A stretch of 64,000 bases of DNA from Candidatus Bathyarchaeia archaeon (GTDB lineage: Archaea > Thermoproteota > Bathyarchaeia > Bathyarchaeales > DTEX01), in contig JAVZNR010000004.1 of NCBI GenBank assembly GCA_038882715.1, positions 46,809-110,808 of the forward strand. Direction: 5' to 3'. Positions 45,746 through 55,017 of this stretch are shown here, piece by piece (the stretch's first letter is position 1; every line of letters starts with the position of its first letter). The notes below the pieces were generated by a model. The model was given only the letters and a program-made list of their open reading frames with translations, was not told the origin of the DNA and did not search any database. The translations under genes and the position numbers were made by a program.

Positions 45746-46684
45746 ATGATTAAACTTGCTCTATTTACGGTAACTTATTGCGGCTTATGGTATAGAGGGC
45801 GGGCTCTTTCACTTAGAGAACAGATAATTAAAGCCAAAGGCCTCGGGTTTGAAGGCATATCTATAGAGACGAAAAGACCCGTAGCGCTTCCATGCGACCT
45901 AAATAAAAAGGATAGAAAGGAAATAAAGGAGGTTGCGGACTCATATGGTGTTAAAATCTGCGCTATTGAAACAATGTCAAATTTCGCAAGGCCGCTCATA
46001 GAGGACAGAGAAAATAACCTTTGTATGGTTAAGGAAGCCATAGAGTTAGCAGCGGACTTAGAGGTTGATGTGGTTAAGGTTTTTGCCGCTTGGCCTGGAA
46101 CCAGCAGATATGATGGTCTTGGCACTTATGACTTTGGTCGAAGGATATTTGATTATGAAGGCAACTTTATAACTGATGTTGAGAGGTGGCGGCTGTGCGT
46201 TGAGGGAATTAGAGATGCAGCTAGGTGGGCAAAAGACTATGGTGTAAACATTGCGTTACAGAATCATCCACCAGTTATACGCTATGGATATGAAGACGCT
46301 CTTCAAATGGTTAAAGAAGTCAACGTGGAAAACGTAAAATTATGTTTGGACGTCCCATTGTTTTCTAATCAGAGTGATGAGTATATACATGAAGCGATTG
46401 AGGCTTGTAAAGATGTCGGCATAATTCTCTCACATTACGGCTCCCTAGACTTCGATGAGCTATCAAGCGGCGAAATCTTGATGCGTAGATACATAAATTA
46501 TCCAGCTTTCATAAGAGAGCTAAAAAGAATAGGTTATAATGGTTTTCTCGCATCTGAAGAATGTGCCCCAGTTCTAGAGAATCATGAGCACCAAGGTGTT
46601 GAAGTTGTAGATAGGCACGTAAAAGCGGCATTAAAATATATGAGGAAGCTACTATTAACCGGTGAAGAGCCCCCGGGTGATTAA
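45746..46684 (+). CDS. xylose-isomerase-like TIM barrel protein
   Basis: GFEGISIE, ALQNHP, LDVP and a C-terminal SEE motif; 312 aa. Confidence 0.75.
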   Translation: MIKLALFTVTYCGLWYRGRALSLREQIIKAKGLGFEGISIETKRPVALPCDLNKKDRKEIKEVADSYGVKICAIETMSNFARPLIEDRENNLCMVKEAIELAADLEVDVVKVFAAWPGTSRYDGLGTYDFGRRIFDYEGNFITDVERWRLCVEGIRDAARWAKDYGVNIALQNHPPVIRYGYEDALQMVKEVNVENVKLCLDVPLFSNQSDEYIHEAIEACKDVGIILSHYGSLDFDELSSGEILMRRYINYPAFIRELKRIGYNGFLASEECAPVLENHEHQGVEVVDRHVKAALKYMRKLLLTGEEPPGD

Positions 46685-46740
46685 CCCAAACACCCGAAAT
46701 AAATTGAATTAAAGACACTTAACTTAAAAAATGAGCCAAG

Positions 46741-47796
46741 TTAAAAATTGCTTTTCATGCTCTCTACAAGCTCTTTTTCTCCTCTTTCCTCAAAGAATCT
46801 CATCGCAGTGTCGACGTTTACTTTTCTTGGTTGTTTCCCCCAAAGTCTCTTAAAGTTCTCTGAATATATTTTCCTTAAAGTGTTCACTGGCAGTTTTAAA
46901 CCTATAAACGGTTCTTTATACCTTGTCAGTAATTCGTCCGCTGTTTCCGGAGTAAAGAACTCTTCATCCGACTCTAGGAATTTCCTAACTATCCATATTC
47001 TAGCGACCGCTTCGACCTCCGTCTGCCACGTTGCAATATCTGTTCCAAAAAATATTCTGTCCTGATATTTTATGAAGAAGTCTCTCCAATCATCCCTCCT
47101 ACGCGAAATATTATATATGAGCTCTATTCCCGGAGTTAAATCAAGGTTAGCATTCTTATGGCGGTTAAGAAAGTCGGCTGCCTCTTCAAGATTCGCTGAC
47201 ATAAAGTAGAAGTGACATAGAACTATCTTCAAGCGTGGATGCCTATCTAGGATATCTTCCATCTCCCTATAGAGCTCCTCCTTCAACGGGTAGTCTCCGC
47301 CATAGTAAACCCAACCCCTTTTCTTAGCCCATTCTGGAGCTAGATTTTCATCCCAGAACTCTTCTGGGTCGGCAACATGGCATAAGACTGGAAAACCGTA
47401 GGATTCGCAAGCACCCCAAAAACCCTCATAGTACCCGCTGTTCAGCGGCACATGTATCCTTTTTGGAACCGGCTTCGAACCCATTTCTCCGACGCCGTCA
47501 AAACCTGCTTCGATTAAAGAGCGAATGTAGTTGTCCCAGTTGACATTAGGCATGCTACCTGTGCCGCCTGACCAAGGCACAAACCCACCAGCATAAAATA
47601 AGCCAGGGTACTTTAACTTCAAATATATTCCAGCATCACCTCCAGTTACATAAATCTTGTTGAGTCTGCCTTCTTCAGCCACTTTAACCATAAACTCAGC
47701 CATTCTCTTCAGGTTCGCGTTATTGCGCCAGTCATCAAAATGGACGTGGCAGTCGATAACAGGTAGATCGGCAAACTCGGATAAATATGGATGCAA
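46741..47796 (-). CDS. amidohydrolase-superfamily TIM-barrel metal hydrolase (Amidohydro_2-like; lactonase/decarboxylase/isomerase type)
   Basis: VIDCHVHF (HxH), VLCHV, VLCHFY and FFGTD, the ligand order of the amidohydrolase fold. Confidence 0.7.
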   Translation of the reverse strand: MHPYLSEFADLPVIDCHVHFDDWRNNANLKRMAEFMVKVAEEGRLNKIYVTGGDAGIYLKLKYPGLFYAGGFVPWSGGTGSMPNVNWDNYIRSLIEAGFDGVGEMGSKPVPKRIHVPLNSGYYEGFWGACESYGFPVLCHVADPEEFWDENLAPEWAKKRGWVYYGGDYPLKEELYREMEDILDRHPRLKIVLCHFYFMSANLEEAADFLNRHKNANLDLTPGIELIYNISRRRDDWRDFFIKYQDRIFFGTDIATWQTEVEAVARIWIVRKFLESDEEFFTPETADELLTRYKEPFIGLKLPVNTLRKIYSENFKRLWGKQPRKVNVDTAMRFFEERGEKELVESMKSNF

Positions 47797-47905
47797 GACT
47801 TTTTCGCCTCCATTAAACTAAAACACCCCTTAATCTTAAAGGGGCGCTCCGAATATAAAATGCTTAATACTCATAATTAATTATTTTAGAATCAGAGTCA
47901 ATTTA

Positions 47906-48832
47906 ATGTTGCTTACGGTTGTGGTGATGTATTTGATGAGAATCGGAATAATTGGTTTTGATACTTCTCACGCTGTAGAATTTACGAAGCGCATAAACCA
48001 CATAGGTATATCTGAGGACCATTGGGTCTACGGCGCGAAAGTAACAGTAGGTTGCCCCTGCGGACCCTCAAGTTTTGCCAGCGAAGATATAATTGCGCAG
48101 AGAACGCAAGCTCTCAGGGAATTTGGCGTTGAAATAGTAGATTCTCCCGAAGAAGTTATTGGTAAAGTTGATGCAATTATGATAGAGCTACAGGAGGGTG
48201 ATTTACATTTGAAGATCGTTGAGCCCTTCCTAGAGGCAGGCATACCCTCATTCATAGATAAGCCGCTCGCATGCAGCGTAGCTGATGCAAAAAAGATTTT
48301 TGAATTAGCCCATCTTTATAATACTCCAGTCTTCTCATCATCGTCGCTTCGCTATGCTCCTGAGGTTCAGGAACTAAAGTCTAGGGAAGACTTAGGTAAG
48401 GTTTTAGGAGCCGAGACATATTCGCCCGCAATCCTAAATCCAAAGAACCCTGGGCTCTTCAATTACGGCATTCATGGTATAGAGATGCTATACACTATTA
48501 TGGGAAATGGCTGTAAGTCAGTTAGATGCGTCCATAAAGAGGGGTGGGATGTCGTCATCGGCACATGGCATGACGACCGAATAGGAATTTTCAGAGGGAT
48601 ACGAAAAGGTCCGCATGTCTACGGCTTCACAGCTTTTTGCGAGAGAGATGTGGTCTCCTCCAGCATAAACACACAATACATTTATAGGGAACTGTTAAAG
48701 AGGGTTATTGAAATGTTTAAAACGCGTAAAATGCCAGTAACTCCGGAGGAGACCATTGAAATTATCGCTTTTATTGAAGCAGCATTAAAGTCTGCTGAAA
48801 GAAAGTCCAGAGAAATAGCGTTGCGTTTTTAA
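47906..48832 (+). CDS. GFO-like oxidoreductase (divergent)
   Basis: MRIGIIGFDTSHAVEF and FIDKPLA. The probable true start is the ATG at 47936. Confidence 0.6.
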   Translation: MLLTVVVMYLMRIGIIGFDTSHAVEFTKRINHIGISEDHWVYGAKVTVGCPCGPSSFASEDIIAQRTQALREFGVEIVDSPEEVIGKVDAIMIELQEGDLHLKIVEPFLEAGIPSFIDKPLACSVADAKKIFELAHLYNTPVFSSSSLRYAPEVQELKSREDLGKVLGAETYSPAILNPKNPGLFNYGIHGIEMLYTIMGNGCKSVRCVHKEGWDVVIGTWHDDRIGIFRGIRKGPHVYGFTAFCERDVVSSSINTQYIYRELLKRVIEMFKTRKMPVTPEETIEIIAFIEAALKSAERKSREIALRF

Positions 48833-48895
48833 AACCCTTAATAATTTGATTTGAGCTCTATAAACATATTTACTTAGCCTTAGATAGTAACAGAT

Positions 48896-50263
48896 ATGGA
48901 GTCAAACGTAAATATTAGGGAGATATCTCTGAGCTACGTATCCTATAATTTTAGAACCCCGCTGAAATTCGGCTCAGTTATCGTTAATGAATCGGTTTCT
49001 CTGATCGCTAAAGTTCTAGTTAAGAGGAAGGGGGGTGGTGAAGCTGAAGGCATCGGGTCTATGCCCCTCATGTGCGAATGGGCTTTTCCAGATCCAAAAG
49101 TAGAGCACGAAGATAAGCTTGAAGCAATGAAACTCGTAGCTGAAAAGTACGCTGAGACTATAGAGGAAGAGTCCGGCAGCGGCATTTATCTACATCCTAT
49201 AGATTGGTTCATGAGGTTTGAGGATGAAATATTAAGGATAACTCATTATGTTTCTGAAAGTTTTAAGCTAAAGGCTCCTTTGCCAGTCTTAGCGTCTCTA
49301 GTGGCGGTATCACCTATAGATGCTGCTATTCACGATGGTTTTGGTAAAGTCAACAATATATGTAGCTATGATGGTTACGGACCCAAGTATATGGAGAGAG
49401 ATTTAAGCTATTATCTCGGATCAAAATTTAGGGGCAAATATATTTCTGATTATATAAAGCCAAGATACGAGGAAAAGATACCGGTTTTCCATCTCGTTGG
49501 AGGGCTAGATAAGCTCACTAAAGATGAGATAAGTCCCGAGGATCCTAAGGATGGTTTCCCTGTCAGCCTAGAAGAATGGATCGAGAGGGATGGCGTCTTC
49601 TGCTTTAAAATAAAGCTAAATGGCGTAGATATAGATTGGGATGTGGAGAGAACTAAGACTGTAGCTAGAATCGCCGAAGAAAAACTTGAGGAGAAGTTCG
49701 GCAGAAATGAATACTTTCTTTCGGTTGACTCAAATGAAATGCATAAATCACCTGATGATGTTCTTGAGTATCTTAGAAGAATTAAGAGGGAAGCCCCGGA
49801 CGTTTTTGAGAGGATACTTTACATAGAGCAGCCGGTCAACAGAGATCTAGAGAAATATAGGTTTAATATGATGTTGGTGTCAGCGATTAAGCCGGTGTTG
49901 GCTGATGAGGGAGTCATCAATATAGGCAGCTTCGACTTGGCCTTAAGCCTAGGATGGTCTGGCGTGGCTCTAAAAACTTGTAAATGTCATAGCTCAGCCC
50001 TGCTACTAATGGCTAAAGCCGAAGAGGCTGGAGTCCCCTACAGCGTTCAAGATTTAACGTGTTCAGGCTTAGCCTTAGTGCATTCGGCTGGTTTTGCTTC
50101 TAGGATAAACCCCATAAAAGGATTTGAATATAATGCTAGGCAGTATCTTCCACTAGCTTTCCCAGAGGTTCAGGGAAAATATGAGGAGTTGTTTAATGTT
50201 AGAAATGGTTTTATAAGGACGGGTATACTTAATGGGTCTCTTGGTTTAGGTTTATCACTTTAG
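48896..50263 (+). CDS. enolase-superfamily protein, MLE-subgroup-like residue set
   Basis: K238-x-K240 (FKIKLNG), D278 (SVDSNE), E311 (YIEQP), D337 (LADEG) and K360/K363 (ALKTCKC), with spacing as in MLE/dipeptide-epimerase type enzymes. The N-terminal capping region is long (~230 aa). Confidence 0.65.
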   Translation: MESNVNIREISLSYVSYNFRTPLKFGSVIVNESVSLIAKVLVKRKGGGEAEGIGSMPLMCEWAFPDPKVEHEDKLEAMKLVAEKYAETIEEESGSGIYLHPIDWFMRFEDEILRITHYVSESFKLKAPLPVLASLVAVSPIDAAIHDGFGKVNNICSYDGYGPKYMERDLSYYLGSKFRGKYISDYIKPRYEEKIPVFHLVGGLDKLTKDEISPEDPKDGFPVSLEEWIERDGVFCFKIKLNGVDIDWDVERTKTVARIAEEKLEEKFGRNEYFLSVDSNEMHKSPDDVLEYLRRIKREAPDVFERILYIEQPVNRDLEKYRFNMMLVSAIKPVLADEGVINIGSFDLALSLGWSGVALKTCKCHSSALLLMAKAEEAGVPYSVQDLTCSGLALVHSAGFASRINPIKGFEYNARQYLPLAFPEVQGKYEELFNVRNGFIRTGILNGSLGLGLSL

Positions 50264-50275
50264 AGGTGTTCATCT

Positions 50276-51301
50276 GTGAGCGATAAAATTAAGATAGGAA
50301 TTATAGGCGCGGGATCGCATGCAGTTAAAGTACACTATCCCTCGCTTGCAAGCTTCACCGATGTGGAGCTGAAGGCTGCTTGTGATCTAAACGAGGATAG
50401 ACTCAAATTAGTTAGCGGGAAATATTGTATAGAAAGCGTATTTAGAGACTATAAGGAAATGCTCAGCAAAGTACCTTTAGATGCTGTTTACGTTATCATG
50501 GCACCTATACCGACCAGCTTCTATGCGGGCGCTGAACCCATGTTTTCAATAGTTCTTGAATGCCTTAAACGCGGGCTCCATGTTTTTGTGGAGAAACCTC
50601 CTGGAATCACGTCTTCTGAGACTGAAAAGATGGCTGAAGCCGCGAAGAAGAATGAGTGTAGAAGCATGGTTGGATTCAATAGGCGGTTTATACCAGTATT
50701 CAAGAGAGCTAAAGCCATAGTTGAAGAGTATGGTCAGATAACTCATTGCTCTGCAGTCTTTCACAAAAATGCTTTGAATGAGAGCCAGCCATGGGGATCG
50801 GTAAGCCACCTTGTAGCTGACGTAATACATGCCGTCGATGCTTTAAGGTTTATGGGTGGAGAGCCGGAAAAGGTTGCGAGCTATTTTTCGAGCTTTTACA
50901 CGGATTATCCAAACAGCTTTAACGCTCTGCTTATTTTTAGTAATGGCTGCGTAGGTCATTTATGCTCAAACTATTCTTCTGGCGGACGGGTACACTATTT
51001 TGAGATGCATTCGAGAGGAATATACGCCATGGTAGATTTGCCTCTGGAGCCGCCTGAAAAACAGCTAGCCTATATACTTAGGGAGAATAAGCCTTATGGG
51101 GAAATGGAGATAATAAAAAATCTTGACCTCGTAGATGGGGTCAGAGACTTTCACGTAACTTACGGGTTCCTCCAGGAAAATAGGCATTTCATAGACTGTA
51201 TTAAAAGCGACATAGAACCTGAAACCAACTTCGAAGACGCCGTTAAAACCATGAAACTCGTAGAGCTCATAAGTGCGTCAACAATAGAAAAAGTATTTTA
51301 A
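50276..51301 (+). CDS. Gfo/Idh/MocA family oxidoreductase
   Basis: GTG start. IKIGIIGAGSHA and FVEKPPG, with a GFO C-terminal domain. Confidence 0.8.
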   Translation: MSDKIKIGIIGAGSHAVKVHYPSLASFTDVELKAACDLNEDRLKLVSGKYCIESVFRDYKEMLSKVPLDAVYVIMAPIPTSFYAGAEPMFSIVLECLKRGLHVFVEKPPGITSSETEKMAEAAKKNECRSMVGFNRRFIPVFKRAKAIVEEYGQITHCSAVFHKNALNESQPWGSVSHLVADVIHAVDALRFMGGEPEKVASYFSSFYTDYPNSFNALLIFSNGCVGHLCSNYSSGGRVHYFEMHSRGIYAMVDLPLEPPEKQLAYILRENKPYGEMEIIKNLDLVDGVRDFHVTYGFLQENRHFIDCIKSDIEPETNFEDAVKTMKLVELISASTIEKVF

Positions 51302-51330
51302 TGGCATTTTTAGGGAGGTGATCTACAGTA

Positions 51331-52134
51331 ATGATGCTCGTATTATTTTCTAAAATGTTTCAGTCAATGCCCATGGAAAGGTTCGCGGATCTCGCAGCCA
51401 ATATGGGTTTCGAGGGAATCGATTTAACAGTTAGGCCAGAAGGGTATATAGAGCCTAGAGATGTGCCGGAAAAACTTCCTGAAGCCATAAGAATATTTGA
51501 AGGAAAGGGGTTAAGCGTGCCCATGATAACGACATCTATAACATCGGCGGATGAACCATATGCTGAAGAAACTTTCTCTACCGCGTCAAACATGGGAATA
51601 AAATATATTAAGCTCGGATACTGGAGGTATAGGGGTTTCGGTAACATTAGAAAGCAGATTGAGGAAGTTCGTGGAAAACTTAAAGGAATCGAAAAACTCT
51701 GCGAAAACTACGGGGTGACTGCCGGATTACATATACACTCAGGCATGTTTGCAACAGCTGAGCCAGCAATAGTATATCTTATGCTTAATGGATTCGAGCC
51801 AAAGTATATTGGCGCATATATAGACCCCGGTCATATGGCTGTTGAAGGCGGACTTGCGGGGTGGCTGATGGGCATGGATATCCTCTCTGATAGAATAGTC
51901 ATGGTCGCTGTGAAGGATTTCGGCTGGTTTAAGACTAGTCAGGGATGGGTTGCAAATACTGTTCCTCTTGGTGAAGGGTTAGTTCCTTGGAAAGAAGTTT
52001 TTAAAATACTTAAAGACATAAAATTTCATGGTCCAATATCGCTTCACAGCGAGTACCATGAAAGTCTTGAGAGGATAATAGAGATCACTAGAAGAGACTT
52101 AGCATATGTGAAGCACATTCTCAACAAATTATGA
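51331..52134 (+). CDS. xylose-isomerase-like TIM barrel protein
   Basis: GFEGIDL, GLHIHSG, IDPGH and LHSEY. Confidence 0.75.
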   Translation: MMLVLFSKMFQSMPMERFADLAANMGFEGIDLTVRPEGYIEPRDVPEKLPEAIRIFEGKGLSVPMITTSITSADEPYAEETFSTASNMGIKYIKLGYWRYRGFGNIRKQIEEVRGKLKGIEKLCENYGVTAGLHIHSGMFATAEPAIVYLMLNGFEPKYIGAYIDPGHMAVEGGLAGWLMGMDILSDRIVMVAVKDFGWFKTSQGWVANTVPLGEGLVPWKEVFKILKDIKFHGPISLHSEYHESLERIIEITRRDLAYVKHILNKL

Positions 52135-52153
52135 GCTCGGGGAGATGGATTGA

Positions 52154-53170
52154 GTGGGCAGGAAAATCAGAGTTTTAATAACGATTCCCAGAGAGCTGTA
52201 TGCGCAACTCTCAAGGATGGAGGATGAAGACAAGCTTCGGGAGTTTGCTGATGTTGAATTTAATCCGTATAGTAGGAATTTAAGTGAGGACGAGCTTGCA
52301 GACTTTATAAAAGGCGTTGATGGCTGCATAACTAGCTGGGGTTCTCCGAGGTTCACTAAGAAAGTTTTAGACAAAGCCGATAAACTTAAGATCATAGGTC
52401 ATGCTGCGGGAAGCGTGAAGCCATACGTTACAGATGAAGTTTTCAAGAGAGGCATAGTGGTTGTTAATGCTGCATCAGCTATAGCCATCGGAGTCGCCGA
52501 GTTCACTTTAGCCATGATTTTAAACTGTTTAAGGGCTATACCGCAGCATATAAGCGCCATGCGGAGAAGAGACTGGAGATATAAGGAAGCGAGATCCGGG
52601 GAAACCTTCGACCTCAGAAATAAGGTTATAGGTTTGATTGGATTTGGCGCGGTTGCTCGTGAGCTCGTTAACCTTCTTAAACCATTTAATGTCAGAATTC
52701 TAGTTTTTGATCCATATGTATCAGTTGAGGAGTTAAGGAAGTACAGTGTAGAGAAATCCGATTTAGACCACTTGCTGTCAAATTCCGATATAGTTAGCTT
52801 GCATGCGGCTCTAACACCTGAAACATATCATATGATAGGTGAAAGGGAGCTTAAAATCATGAAGCCGACATCTTTCCTCATAAATACTGCGAGAGGCGCA
52901 TTAGTAGACGAGAGATCTTTATGCAAAGCCCTAAGAGAAAGATGGATAGCGGGGGCGGCATTAGATGTTTTTGAAGAGGAGCCTTTGCCACCGGAAAGCC
53001 CGCTCTATGATTTAGATGAGAACGTTTTTCTCACGCCACACGTAGCAGGTCTATCCGATGAGAGAAGAAGCATGTTATTCGGCGTTATTGTGGAAGATTT
53101 TAGAAGGTTCTTTTCTGGCGAGAAGCCACTAAATACCATAGACTATACGAGACTTAGTTTCCTAGCATAG
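52154..53170 (+). CDS. D-isomer-specific 2-hydroxyacid dehydrogenase family (glyoxylate/hydroxypyruvate reductase or PGDH-like)
   Basis: GLIGFGAVAREL (NAD loop), INTARG, ALDVFEEEP and TPHVAG (catalytic His context). Confidence 0.85.
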   Translation: MGRKIRVLITIPRELYAQLSRMEDEDKLREFADVEFNPYSRNLSEDELADFIKGVDGCITSWGSPRFTKKVLDKADKLKIIGHAAGSVKPYVTDEVFKRGIVVVNAASAIAIGVAEFTLAMILNCLRAIPQHISAMRRRDWRYKEARSGETFDLRNKVIGLIGFGAVARELVNLLKPFNVRILVFDPYVSVEELRKYSVEKSDLDHLLSNSDIVSLHAALTPETYHMIGERELKIMKPTSFLINTARGALVDERSLCKALRERWIAGAALDVFEEEPLPPESPLYDLDENVFLTPHVAGLSDERRSMLFGVIVEDFRRFFSGEKPLNTIDYTRLSFLA

Positions 53171-53307
53171 ATGCTCTAGAGGAGACAACAGCGATTTCAC
53201 AGCGCTTGCTATAAATTTGATCATAATCTTTTTCTCGACAAGAAAAGATTATGCCAAGTGATTCTTCTCTCTCGGTTCATCTTGACAAACGCATGTGTGG
53301 TGAGAGA

Positions 53308-53751
53308 TCAGTATATCAGTAGGCTTTCATTCCACATCCTTAATAATCTATCACATTCATTCTTAACTTCCAGCTTTCGACTCTTCTCCCCCAATTTCTT
53401 AAGGAACTCTATGCGTTTTTCAAATGATTTAAGCTCCAGTAGACCAGCGTGATACGACTCTATGCGCTCTTCCTCAAGCTGCATCTGTACGTAGTAAGCC
53501 TCTTGAATAAATCTGCCAGCTGCGTCAACCGGGTTTTCAACAGCGTACTTATTTGCCCAGATTGTCGCTTCAGAGACTCTCAGCTGCGTTAAACCATTAA
53601 TCTCCCTTATACAATAAATATAGGTTCTTAAGAAGTCATAGTAGCCGGCGGTCTTAATGAGTTTAAGGGCTTTACGCACCATCGCCTTGAAGTCAGAGCT
53701 CCCCTCAATTCTCAAGCGGTGGACTTCGCCAATTTTTACTGTCTTCCCCAA
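53308..53751 (-). CDS. hypothetical protein
   Basis: 147-aa ORF with no competing gene. No motif recognised. Confidence 0.4.
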   Translation of the reverse strand: MGKTVKIGEVHRLRIEGSSDFKAMVRKALKLIKTAGYYDFLRTYIYCIREINGLTQLRVSEATIWANKYAVENPVDAAGRFIQEAYYVQMQLEEERIESYHAGLLELKSFEKRIEFLKKLGEKSRKLEVKNECDRLLRMWNESLLIY

Positions 53752-53920
53752 GTCTCAATCATCTCTCAGTGATTCTCTTTAAAATCCATAATTTATCTTT
53801 TTATTAGATGAAAGTTGCTAATAAAATGAGGGGATTAAAGGAGGTTAACCGCCTACTACGCCTACCTGGGAGGTAGAAAAATTTAGAGGCAGAAAGGACG
53901 ATTATGGTTGTTTATCTAAT

Positions 53921-54892
53921 TTACACACAGTGGCAGGCAATCCACCTGTTACCGATCAGCCGGAGCTCTGGTTTTATTTTCTCGCAATCTTCGGTGGCAT
54001 ATGGGCATCTTGTGTGAAATTTGCAGCCCGAGATTGGTTTTAATAGGCTTGGCACATCAATGCTTTTCAACGGAATGCTTTTTCTCTCTCTAGCGATCTT
54101 TGGATCTGGCACCGGGATAGCTGCGAGTAACGCTTTAGTGTATGGATGCATTGGATTGCGTATCGTCTCCTCAGTTTCCCCTGCTTCAACAATGTCTCCC
54201 AGATACATTATGGCAATTTTTCCGTTTTTAGCGAAGTATCTTGCCACCCCTAAATCATGAGTTATAAGCAGGAATGTTGTTTTTAATTCCTCTCCGATTT
54301 TATGCAGCATGTCAAGTATCTCTACCCTGAGAGATGCGTCAAGCATAGATACTGCCTCATCAGCAACTATGAATTGAGGTTTAACCGATATTGCTCTGGC
54401 TATGACAACCCTTTGCATTTGGCCTCCGCTTAACCTGCTCGGATACCTCTCTATAAAATCTTCTGGAGGGGATAAGCCAACCATCTCTAAAAGATCCAGC
54501 GCCATTTTTCTCGCCTCGTCTCTTCCCCTCGCCATCTTATGGCGTAAGATCTGCGGTATCAGTGCGGCCGACAACTTCTTCGCGGGATTAAGCGCATCGT
54601 AAGGATTCTGGGGTATTATCTGAGCGTTCCTGCGGAATTCTTCGAATTCCTTTCTGGAGAGGCGCCATATGTCTCTTCCTCTATACAATACTTGGCCAGA
54701 GCTTGGTTTTATAAGACCGAGCAAAAGCCTTCCGAGGGTGCTTTTACCGCAGCCTGATTCTCCTACTAGCGCTATTTGTTCACCTTCCTTTATGCCAAAT
54801 GACACCTCATCTACAGCTCTAATTTTTACCCTAGACTTAAACATCCCTACGCTTACTTCAAATTCTTTTGTTAGTTTTCTGGCCTCCATCAC
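53921..54892 (-). CDS. Opp/Dpp-class ABC transporter ATP-binding protein (F-type)
   Basis: Walker A GESGCGKST, signature LSGGQMQR, Walker B IVADEAVSMLD, and the C-terminal HPYT...C.F..RC extension. Confidence 0.9.
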   Translation of the reverse strand: MMEARKLTKEFEVSVGMFKSRVKIRAVDEVSFGIKEGEQIALVGESGCGKSTLGRLLLGLIKPSSGQVLYRGRDIWRLSRKEFEEFRRNAQIIPQNPYDALNPAKKLSAALIPQILRHKMARGRDEARKMALDLLEMVGLSPPEDFIERYPSRLSGGQMQRVVIARAISVKPQFIVADEAVSMLDASLRVEILDMLHKIGEELKTTFLLITHDLGVARYFAKNGKIAIMYLGDIVEAGETEETIRNPMHPYTKALLAAIPVPDPKIARERKSIPLKSIDVPSLLKPISGCKFHTRCPYATEDCEKIKPELRLIGNRWIACHCV

Positions 54893-55017
54893 GTATTCGG
54901 AGATGATTTCACCTCCGATGTTTCATCTCTCCATTCCATATTCGCCTTGAAAAATAACTTGAATTGTGCTTATTGCGGCGAGAAATCATGTTTGGCTTCA
55001 CCATTCATTCGTAATTT

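Noticed and set aside
47830-47850. GC-rich hairpin CCCCTT-AATCTTA-AAGGGG between the divergent amidohydrolase and GFO-like genes. Similar small hairpins occur at 53858..53876 (CTACCT-GGG-AGGTAG) and 31119..31149 (ACCTAG...CTAGGT).
   Set aside because: These are 5-6-bp stems that can arise by chance. The first and third are at gene starts rather than ends. The second lacks an adjacent T-run typical of archaeal terminators. They are not strong enough to annotate.
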